Shown here: piece after piece, positions 28,101-35,946 of the stretch
Layout of the letters: every line of letters starts with the position of its first letter
Numbering within the stretch: the stretch's first letter is position 1
Source of the DNA: a virus
Virus record (IMG/VR): IMGVR_UViG_3300035703_004076
Coordinates: 4,181 to 68,180 of that record
Reading direction: 5' to 3' (one strand)
DNA length: 64,000 bases
Notes under the pieces: generated by a model
Databases searched by the model: none
Seen by the model: only the letters and a program-made list of their open reading frames with translations
What the model was told of the DNA's origin: nothing
Position numbers and translations under genes: made by a program

Positions 28101-31100
28101 TTAACAGAATCTTCAAACTCCAGTAAGAGACTTGCTGTTGTTGTGGTAGGATTTGCAGGCACAAATCCAATACCTTTGATAGACTTATTTGTAATGTTGA
28201 GTGGCTTATATTTTGTGTTGTAGACTTCTACTTTGGATTGATTTCCAGCTACAGTAGCATACGGAGCCAAGTCTAGTATTGTAGTTGGAATTGCAACATC
28301 AACAAATTTGGAGATATACAATTTCTGCAAAACTTCTAACAAGTCTGCTGCCGAACGCCAGTCGTTATCATCCGTTGCTGTAGAAACAGCATAACTGATT
28401 TTGACCAGAGTGTTTGCTGCTGGAGCTTGCGCCAAAGTAATTGTGTTTCCTGAGAGCTTGTAGATAGGATATGTTGTAGTGCCATTTATAGGAGTGACTG
28501 ACGCATGAACATAAGACACCTTCACTTTAGTGCCGGTCGCAGGTGCATCAAAAAACGTTATTGTTTTTCCTGTTGCGTCAAGAGTGTAGTGTGTTGTGAG
28601 TGTCTTTAGTGTGTTGTCAATATAAACTTCGTGCGTTCCTGATATTGGCGCTTTTGCTATTGTAAACGTCTTGTTTGTTCCATTAACAGTACCAGCAGCT
28701 TCTTCGAGCGTGATGAAAGATGAGGGGCTGTTTGCATATAGATTGCCAGACACAACAACAAATTCACTTCCAGAAACTGGAGTTTCATTTGTGCTATTGT
28801 GAACAATAGTAAAGACTTTATTTGATCCGTCTATATTTCCCGTAGGTGTTATGTCAATTCTGAACGTTGATGGTGAGTTGACATATTGTGTCTTTTGACC
28901 TGTGCGAACAAACGCTGGTGTCAGAAGAGCTACATTATCACTCAACACGCCAGCTTTTGATACTTGATACTGACCCTTCAATCCAGCAACCACTAATACA
29001 GAATTACGGCCTGTTGCCGATTCTGCATCGTCTATAAGCTCTCGTTCAAACTTACTTCCTATACCTACAAGGTAGTAGCTGTTTGTAGGAACTCTTTTTC
29101 CATAAACGTAAATGTCGGTTGACTCTTCGTTCTGTAAGACTTTTACTTTTCCTGTTAATTTTGTTCCTACAAAATCAAGCTCAGTTAAAGTGTTTGTGGA
29201 CAGAAGCTCGTATGTAATATCAGCAATAGTTGTTCCTCTATCTTGCTGTCCGTTTGATGTGTTTTGAGTTCCATCTTGCTTCTTGTGTTGATCGAGATCG
29301 TCAGATGTCTTATCACCTTTAATCTCAAGAACGTTTGTCTTGAACGTTCCGGTGATTGATGAGTAAGGTCCTCGAACCATAGAGCCAGGACTCTCAAGCC
29401 TCTCTCCATAATTAACATCAGGGACACAATACTTAGACACATCAACATCATCAAAGTAAGCAAACAGTCTGCTATTAGGCAAGAAACACTTACCTTCAAA
29501 TGTGACTTCATTAGTACGAATGTACTCTGCCGATCTTGTGTCAATGATTCGAGACCCCATAGACACTGGCGCAGAGAATCCAGCATCTTGAATTGTGCTT
29601 TTAATTCCAGTCTGGAACTTTTCTCCGGTTTGTGTTATGGTGTTATTGAAACCCTCTTGTGCTTGACCAATACCACCTAAGTATCGAACAAGCTGTCCTG
29701 AGTTTGCAAATCCAGGAGGAACTAATATGAATTGATTCTTTTTGGGAACACCAGTTCCGTTAATCAGATTTCCATTCTTATCGAGGAACTGCCCCTTAGG
29801 GTAAGGCCACGCATGACCAGCACTAATAACAGTTTCAAGCCCAGCTTGTTGATCAACACTCAAACCTTGCCAGTCGGTCTGTGTTCCTCTCCAATCAATT
29901 CTCTCGCCATTTTCATTATAGCTCTGTCGAGCAAAGTCGTATGCAGACGTATCATATACAATCAGAGGATCTGAAACTGCTGTGTCTCTCCATGTATCTG
30001 TCCATGGCGTTATCTTTAACGTACCCATGAACGTCTGTACTTGATATGGATTGATATTAATCAGCCTGCTTGCAAGAGATTGCTCCATGTACGAAACGTT
30101 TGAGTATGCAAGAGTGTACAAACCTCCTGTCTGTTCATAGTTAAACGCTTCTCGTGCTGCTGCCACTGTAGGTAGAGCCGGCAGGGTTGATAATTGATTT
30201 GGCATCAACCATCGCTCAACAACTTTTATGTGGTTGTCAAATACACGAGGCTTTAATTCGCCTAAAACTTTGTCAAGGGCTGCTGTAAAGTCTGGATGAC
30301 TGATTGCCGATACAGACTCGTTAGCGAAATTATCAACCAAGAAACCATGCTTAAACTTATCTTGCCCTAAAGAGTCTTTGATGATCAAATCTTTGGTGTC
30401 TTTCTCAAGCAGAGAGAGTGTTGTGTAGTATTCAAGATTCTTAACTCTCTTCTCTAGCTTGCCAATATCACGCATTGTGTATCTTCGATTGTCTCGCATC
30501 TTCAAGATACACTTTCTGTGGTCTTCTGTGTATGGCATCATTTCCACATCGTAGAGAACCATACCGTCTACTGGGTCAGCAGGAATATCTGCTATAATTC
30601 CTGGCACTCCATACTTAACTTTGATATTTCCGTCTTTGTCGATGAATATCTTATCTCGGCGCTCTTCATATACATGATATGAGCAAGTAACGGTGTCGAT
30701 TGGTAAATCTTTATATCGAACAAATGCGTATTTGCCGTCTTGTGTTGCGTTGCTACCGGTACGACATACAGGACGAAAATCAAGGCATGCCTTGAGATCG
30801 TACTTTCCGAATTTAGTCGAAAAGTATTCAGGAATCTCATCATACGTCATTTGAGGGACACTGTTAGGTGACGTATTTGAATTCCATGGATATGAATCAA
30901 CACTAAAATAGTCGCCAGTTCCATTGTGTGTGAAGTAGTCAAACTCAATTCGCAGCTTGCCCTTGGGCTTATCAAAACCGGGTCGCAGCTCTACGTTTGC
31001 TATTCCATAGTAGTAATCTCGCTGTCCGTTGTCTAAGTCATATTTGAATGATATGTCTTGATGTCCGTTTGGCAAAACTTCTAAGTCTGAAGGATCAGTC

Positions 31101-34009
31101 TGAATGTTAGGTGACTCAACAATTCGTGTGATTCTTAGCACATCAGGAACGTCGAGAGAAATCTTTTTGTTGTCTGTTGTGCTTATCTCTTTGACGCCGC
31201 CGCCGATGCGCTTTGATGGAGTTCCCGAAAAAGAACCTTTAACAAGAGTCTTAGTGTCTGGTGTTGCCGTATTCAAACTCTTTTCTACGGCTACAATTAC
31301 ACCAAATGTTTTTCCAACACCACCCGAGAAGTTGAACAAAATTTGTCTATCAACAAAATCAACTTCTGCTGTGTATGTGCCGGTTGCGATATTTCCTTCG
31401 TTTCCTGTGCCTTTCCTGAACAACTGAAACCATTGTCCAGTGGACAAATCAATAAGTCCATAGTTAGAAATGCCTCTCTCAAAATCCAGACTTTGATCGT
31501 TAAGAGCGTACTGAACTCCAGTTGCAGAGACGGTCGGCCCGGCATTTGTTCCACTCACTAAGTATCTTGTAGCTACATAGGTTGTGGTAAGAGACGCATA
31601 GTTGGGAGAATTTTTTACACCGCCTCTAATAGCTCTAATCTCAGTATGAGGAAGTCTATATACGAGACCTGCATTACCTTCACTAGAGTCTTGTAGTGAC
31701 TCGGATACCAAGTAAGTAATTGTCGCATTATCATCCCAAGGTGCTGCATTAGGATTGCTAGAGTCTGTTGGGTCTGGGTCAAGACTTAACTCATTATCGT
31801 TTGATGGATTTGAGTATACAGTATAGATCTTTTTCTTATCACCAGTACCTATTGTGACTTGATCGCCTTTTTCTAGCTTCTCTCCCAGATTTGTTTTCCA
31901 AAGAGTGCCAAGACCCTTTACTTTTCGTACAGTTTTTACAACCTTTAAAGGACTAACGAACGTATCTGGTAATGCTTCGTTCAGGCCTATGGCGATAAAA
32001 AATTCGTTTGATACATCACTCTTAGAAACAGAAGTAATTGTTCTTTCTACAGTAACATCTTGAGTCGTACCGCCCGAAGTTACTGAGTCTGTGATGGACA
32101 AAATTGTGCCTACAGTATAATGTTGAATAAAGTCGGCATCTCGTGTGGTGCCATCTGCATTATAATCAAGCGTGATGACAGCTCCAGCAAATGTTGCAGC
32201 ACCCGATACTGTTTTTGGTGTATACTTAGATATTGTTCCAGTAAACTTCAAAGAAGGATTTGTTGTCACATCCTTGAACACCATATTTGCAGAGAATGTT
32301 CCTGTTGCAGAACTCGATCCTACACGACCATAGTAAATAGACGCAATATCAGTTGCATCAAAACCAGAATCAAATTTTACATCAAACACACCAAGAGCAT
32401 AACTGGCGTTTGCAGTTCCAGTAGTACCTGAGTATAGCTCTATAGAATAGACTCTAGCTGTTCCTATTTTTGTCGTCACTGCTGGAACATCAGTGTTTCC
32501 ACTAAGAACTCTTGAGTGTAGCTCTACTTGATCGTATGATAGATTGGAGTTGCCCACATCAGCAATAGGTGGCATACCAGAAACGCTATCAATTAAGAAA
32601 TATGTGCCCTTAGGTGCTCTTACTGTCTTGTTTTGTAAGAAGTCTGATGTTCTCGATTTGCGAATTGATACTTGTGTGATTACTGGCTTTTCTTGATAGT
32701 ATCCTTCAACATAAGCAGAACCTGGCTGAAACCTAAGACCCAAACGGTCATCACATAGCTTTACAAAAGATTCTGCATCATTAGTGGCATCATATGAAGT
32801 TCCTGGATAGTATCGCTGATTTCTGGCAAATATCTTTGCTTCGTCAGTTGGCTCCCAATTCAACTCAAACACATTTTTTGCAATCTCTATGGCTTTCTCT
32901 TTTGCGAGTATGACGCTCAATTCATCTGGAACACCCTCGCTATCGACATCATAAGGAACAGACAACAACTCTTCTGTGAACAATCCCTTATTGTCGGTGC
33001 CTAAGAATGGTCGTGTCTCGACCATAAACGGCTTTACTGTGTAGTTGCCAGACTCATCATACGTTCTCTTAGCCAAAATTGCTTTGTATGGATCTTGATA
33101 TGGATCCGTTTCGAGCTGCCAGGCCTTTGTGATGATGCCCTTAGATATTGTGAGGAGTCTAATGAAGTTCTGATCTGTTGCATTGATTGATTTGACGACG
33201 AGTTTACCTTCAATCTTTAATCTGTCTGCGCCTGCTGCGGAGTAGTTTGAAGTGCCTGATGCGTTGTCGAGCAGACTCTCATCTTCTTCAAATGTCACTA
33301 CAGATTCAATCATCTCAATACCAACCTCACACGTCGGCATTGCATTCCAAGCCAAATCATTTTCTACATCTTCTGGCGTAATGAATAGCCATTGAGTATC
33401 GACCAAGACAAAATAATCTTCGTAAAAATAGATGCTGTCTGGTATTTCTACAGAGGCAATTCGTCCGACTGCATTTGTAGTAGACTCTATCTTTGCGGTT
33501 AATGTTGTTGTTATGTTTTGCTGACCGCCAGGAAGTGTATCCACAACATTTACGGATACTGTGTCTCCCTTTTGAAAATTATTAGCTAATGTTCCGTCAG
33601 TTCCAGTACCTGCCGTTTCAAGAGATATGAAAAGTCGAACAAAAGAATCCGTCTTGTGATATCCAATGACGAGCCCTTCTACATTATTTTGACTTTTGAT
33701 TTTCTTGTTGACCCAGTAATTATTAAGATTGCTTTCTGTTTGAGTTCTTGATTCAGAAGAAACCGGTATCTTAACAAACACGGTGCTTGGATCATACTTA
33801 CATCCCAACGATGGTCGAGGACTAACTAGGGCCAGTTTCTTAAAGAAATGACGTCCAAATCGTCCAATTTGATTTTGAATGATCGACTGTATTTGTGTCA
33901 GCTCTCTTGCCTGTAAAGCTCTGCCTGGCCTAAAGAGAATTTTATAGAACTTCTTTGACTCGTTGTAATCATCGAAGTATGGTGATGTGTTCAGATCTAT
34001 TTTTGTCAT
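25121..34009 (-). CDS. Large virion structural protein, VrlC/DUF4815-like
   Basis: PYFDDY...ILFRPG..LQARELTQIQS, LAKRTYDESGNY.V.PF, RYTMRDIGKLEKR..NLEYYT.LSLLE, DPLAQS motifs. Confidence 0.88.
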   Translation of the reverse strand: MTKIDLNTSPYFDDYNESKKFYKILFRPGRALQARELTQIQSIIQNQIGRFGRHFFKKLALVSPRPSLGCKYDPSTVFVKIPVSSESRTQTESNLNNYWVNKKIKSQNNVEGLVIGYHKTDSFVRLFISLETAGTGTDGTLANNFQKGDTVSVNVVDTLPGGQQNITTTLTAKIESTTNAVGRIASVEIPDSIYFYEDYFVLVDTQWLFITPEDVENDLAWNAMPTCEVGIEMIESVVTFEEDESLLDNASGTSNYSAAGADRLKIEGKLVVKSINATDQNFIRLLTISKGIITKAWQLETDPYQDPYKAILAKRTYDESGNYTVKPFMVETRPFLGTDNKGLFTEELLSVPYDVDSEGVPDELSVILAKEKAIEIAKNVFELNWEPTDEAKIFARNQRYYPGTSYDATNDAESFVKLCDDRLGLRFQPGSAYVEGYYQEKPVITQVSIRKSRTSDFLQNKTVRAPKGTYFLIDSVSGMPPIADVGNSNLSYDQVELHSRVLSGNTDVPAVTTKIGTARVYSIELYSGTTGTANASYALGVFDVKFDSGFDATDIASIYYGRVGSSSATGTFSANMVFKDVTTNPSLKFTGTISKYTPKTVSGAATFAGAVITLDYNADGTTRDADFIQHYTVGTILSITDSVTSGGTTQDVTVERTITSVSKSDVSNEFFIAIGLNEALPDTFVSPLKVVKTVRKVKGLGTLWKTNLGEKLEKGDQVTIGTGDKKKIYTVYSNPSNDNELSLDPDPTDSSNPNAAPWDDNATITYLVSESLQDSSEGNAGLVYRLPHTEIRAIRGGVKNSPNYASLTTTYVATRYLVSGTNAGPTVSATGVQYALNDQSLDFERGISNYGLIDLSTGQWFQLFRKGTGNEGNIATGTYTAEVDFVDRQILFNFSGGVGKTFGVIVAVEKSLNTATPDTKTLVKGSFSGTPSKRIGGGVKEISTTDNKKISLDVPDVLRITRIVESPNIQTDPSDLEVLPNGHQDISFKYDLDNGQRDYYYGIANVELRPGFDKPKGKLRIEFDYFTHNGTGDYFSVDSYPWNSNTSPNSVPQMTYDEIPEYFSTKFGKYDLKACLDFRPVCRTGSNATQDGKYAFVRYKDLPIDTVTCSYHVYEERRDKIFIDKDGNIKVKYGVPGIIADIPADPVDGMVLYDVEMMPYTEDHRKCILKMRDNRRYTMRDIGKLEKRVKNLEYYTTLSLLEKDTKDLIIKDSLGQDKFKHGFLVDNFANESVSAISHPDFTAALDKVLGELKPRVFDNHIKVVERWLMPNQLSTLPALPTVAAAREAFNYEQTGGLYTLAYSNVSYMEQSLASRLININPYQVQTFMGTLKITPWTDTWRDTAVSDPLIVYDTSAYDFARQSYNENGERIDWRGTQTDWQGLSVDQQAGLETVISAGHAWPYPKGQFLDKNGNLINGTGVPKKNQFILVPPGFANSGQLVRYLGGIGQAQEGFNNTITQTGEKFQTGIKSTIQDAGFSAPVSMGSRIIDTRSAEYIRTNEVTFEGKCFLPNSRLFAYFDDVDVSKYCVPDVNYGERLESPGSMVRGPYSSITGTFKTNVLEIKGDKTSDDLDQHKKQDGTQNTSNGQQDRGTTIADITYELLSTNTLTELDFVGTKLTGKVKVLQNEESTDIYVYGKRVPTNSYYLVGIGSKFERELIDDAESATGRNSVLVVAGLKGQYQVSKAGVLSDNVALLTPAFVRTGQKTQYVNSPSTFRIDITPTGNIDGSNKVFTIVHNSTNETPVSGSEFVVVSGNLYANSPSSFITLEEAAGTVNGTNKTFTIAKAPISGTHEVYIDNTLKTLTTHYTLDATGKTITFFDAPATGTKVKVSYVHASVTPINGTTTYPIYKLSGNTITLAQAPAANTLVKISYAVSTATDDNDWRSAADLLEVLQKLYISKFVDVAIPTTILDLAPYATVAGNQSKVEVYNTKYKPLNITNKSIKGIGFVPANPTTTTASLLLEFEDSVKFGDTPIDATFELKIKKAATDKDLTQPALTLKCDSTGTIKGKFIIPDPKVDGNPKFRTGDRVFRLTNSSTNEELPTVSRADAKYSATGWIDTKQEQQYSTKQFKVSEEYVEGERTPVTLQDTFNSAGNVAPRDPLAQSWTVSEPTGIFLTAVDVFFYSKDPTLPVILQIRPVDDGGNPSIKLMHEVVLDSADVIVNKIDLKAQTVTVLGRSASDSGGILGFNKGAWGPAAPYDTTKTDIYRVMSANQLSGKNTNTIQHGVAFPFTTVNGVAAPCDDMIPTRFVLDHPVYLPGNNSNYCFVLLTDSIQAPGTGIETLEQTYQVYMAQTGAAPITQFNNAPNATPVHLLKPLEQGEDDYNYILGTQTRLNTIPGSDGVLFKSINGISWESDQKADLKYKLYRASFNTNQNAEIQFINEKLTLSALISDPFETAAGETEIRVYHRNHNIPAGGYVRFVGLPTGGEINGIPYQVLMRTEGHVIQNPTLDSYIINVGVAATESGKVGGRSVLASGNIRFEEFLLRTNPIVLPDTTLTWTFDGTTSKAAYDPESVPWETISDLPFTDNVDVIMPKSAMFCSVINEELKLTDASRSPGARNSVKITAYMSSKSDFISPVLDSERIGIDTKGVRLDNPVGTGTESNNINNSKFDTLQILPTTNTPLVSTLVNKIYFSDTDNKLTGSDFNYLGKKVTGVGSLFTSELKIGDTIRHPILDSSRTIVDIVSDTEMYIDEEFPLSQIANSSNAGGTSTLFYNPPFLRLKTGDASVAAHLSSLDVGKYLTVEGASTNNRNFVNKKILGVNYTPTSTLIDTDLSQAYGTPTICLCEIIVEHRLPESAAELTPAQRLECNALSASTFKITQLNNFIDEIAPEGGSCASKYVSRVMNITQAANCLKVKFDGCRPPHANIDVYYKIGSQTDDVTFAKKNWTKMEYSIETNGVLEYTTPTENSTSSSFSAYEANALRIQPFTMAQVKIVLRGGHTPLYPKIKNLSIIAVEE

Positions 34010-34019
34010 ACTGTAGTAT

Positions 34020-34027
34020 TATTTATG
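34020..34027 (-). promoter_or_regulatory. Late promoter CATAAATA
   Basis: 10 nt upstream of the 2962-aa ATG. Confidence 0.7.
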
Positions 34028-34028
34028 A

Positions 34029-35891
34029 TTAAAATTCGATGATCGTTTTGATATCCTCTATCTGATCAACTGAACGAATCACGGGCCTACGATTTTCGAT
34101 GTATAAAATGTCGCCATTAAATTTCTTCACCTCTTCCGGATGAACCTCCCTAACAGTCGCTTGTGCATTTGATGTTTGACCTATCAACGTTTGGTTTACC
34201 GCAACAGGTGTATATCGGGTTTCTGGTGTTTGAACAAATGTTATTTCACCCTGATATGTTGTTAATTCAGCATCTCTATCAAAAAACTTAAAGTCGATTG
34301 CCCGTATTTGTCCTACGAGAGTGTTGCCTTCATAGACAGAAATTTCTTCATCTGATTTGAATCCAGGATCTCCTTGAATCTGCCCTAACGTAGACTCACT
34401 TGCAAACTCAACCCTAATTCTTTTTGTTGCTCGAAGTGTGTTTGCTGTTGCAAGAACTAATGGATTGCTATTGTCATTGATATACGCATTTTGAAGAATT
34501 CCTATTTGTCGATAATCATTCTTCACAGGAAAATCTGCTAGGTGTGCTTGTGCCGTTTCGCTCTCAACATCTTGGCCATCTTCATACTTCAACTGAGTGC
34601 TTATCATAACATAAAATGCCCCAAGATCTTTCTCTGGATCTTTTCCTAATCCATTTGTAGGGGAGAGAACTGGTCTAAGTGTAGGCAAGATAGAAGATGC
34701 GGGTGTTCCAACAAAAGGTCTAGGAACAGTGATGGAGACAAATGTTGCTTTCTGCCCTCTATTACTAATTGTGGCGCCTACAATTTGTTTTGAGCCAGAG
34801 TCTACCACAGGAACAAAAACCGGCGCAACTGTTCCATTTGAGTATACATCCAGTCTAGGCAAAATTTTACAAGTATATGTCTGTTCCGAAACAAATTGTG
34901 AGAGTGGGTTTGTACCTTCTATAACCAATCGGTTTGTTCCGGTTACTTCATCGTACCCATACGACGATATATTCATTATCTGTTCCACACCCGTAGTTGG
35001 GTTTGTGATGTGTAATTGATATCCTGTGTAAGCATCATCAACTTGAGAAGGACTCGACACAACAGATGCTTCGTTATTTAAGGCTGTTGTTAAAATCTTT
35101 ATCTGACCATTCTCTTGAGTGTTGGGGAAGCTGGCCGGAATTTCTCCGTTTTTTGCTGTATTTTTTACAACAACAGTCAGAACTTCACCTGGTGTGGCAG
35201 AAGTCTGCACTGCCAGTTGTCCTGTACCAAAGTCTGCATCATCAGTTATGGTCTTTATTGGCATCCAAGCATCAGTAAGAAACTTGACGGCATCACCCGA
35301 TGTGATTGAGGTTATGTATTTCCAGACATACTTGTCTGATGTTGATTCAACAAGGTTTGTTGAGTTGCCCGATCTCATAGGCTCTTCTGTGCTTGGCCCT
35401 CCGCTGTTATTTGACAGACAAACAAAGAGTTCATTCAAGCTATTGAGAACATAAAACGTTCCTGCTTTTAAGTATCCTTGCGATGCAATTTCGTCGCCAG
35501 GTGTAACATTTCTTGCATTTTGAACATCTTCTAGTGTTGGTCTATTGTGCAGGTTCGGGTCGCCATCATCATACACGGCATATATTGTTCTTGGGTGATA
35601 GTTGCTGCGAGGCACAACCAGCGACACATCGTTACGTCTGATCTTTTTTAGCCCCAACATCTCATCCCAAATGCGATTTTGGCTCTCTAATGTGTCGTTA
35701 GGTAAAGGTGGATGTAAATCTGCGTTTGTTGATGATATTGTTAAGGCATCTTGTTGTCCATCAGATGAACGCCAAGGAATTGGCTTGCCCACAAACAAGT
35801 AGTGATTCTTGTCAGTCACGGTGCTTTCAAAGTTTTTGATAAACTCTTTAGCACTCTTCAATCGAAAATTATTTTTGATGATTGCTACCAT
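34029..35891 (-). CDS. gp8: Baseplate wedge subunit (T4 gp8-like)
   Basis: YLFVGKP.PW, YVLNS...F.CL.N..G.PST.EP, YVWKY, C-terminal GDILYIENR.P..R..DQ.EDIK.IIEF. Confidence 0.88.
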   Translation of the reverse strand: MVAIIKNNFRLKSAKEFIKNFESTVTDKNHYLFVGKPIPWRSSDGQQDALTISSTNADLHPPLPNDTLESQNRIWDEMLGLKKIRRNDVSLVVPRSNYHPRTIYAVYDDGDPNLHNRPTLEDVQNARNVTPGDEIASQGYLKAGTFYVLNSLNELFVCLSNNSGGPSTEEPMRSGNSTNLVESTSDKYVWKYITSITSGDAVKFLTDAWMPIKTITDDADFGTGQLAVQTSATPGEVLTVVVKNTAKNGEIPASFPNTQENGQIKILTTALNNEASVVSSPSQVDDAYTGYQLHITNPTTGVEQIMNISSYGYDEVTGTNRLVIEGTNPLSQFVSEQTYTCKILPRLDVYSNGTVAPVFVPVVDSGSKQIVGATISNRGQKATFVSITVPRPFVGTPASSILPTLRPVLSPTNGLGKDPEKDLGAFYVMISTQLKYEDGQDVESETAQAHLADFPVKNDYRQIGILQNAYINDNSNPLVLATANTLRATKRIRVEFASESTLGQIQGDPGFKSDEEISVYEGNTLVGQIRAIDFKFFDRDAELTTYQGEITFVQTPETRYTPVAVNQTLIGQTSNAQATVREVHPEEVKKFNGDILYIENRRPVIRSVDQIEDIKTIIEF

Positions 35892-35913
35892 ATCGTATCA
35901 TATCCTATCGAAT

Positions 35914-35920
35914 TATTTAG
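35914..35920 (-). promoter_or_regulatory. Late promoter CTAAATA
   Basis: Intergenic, upstream of gp8. Confidence 0.65.
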
Positions 35921-35946
35921 TCACAAAATGGCATTGTGTCCTGTCA

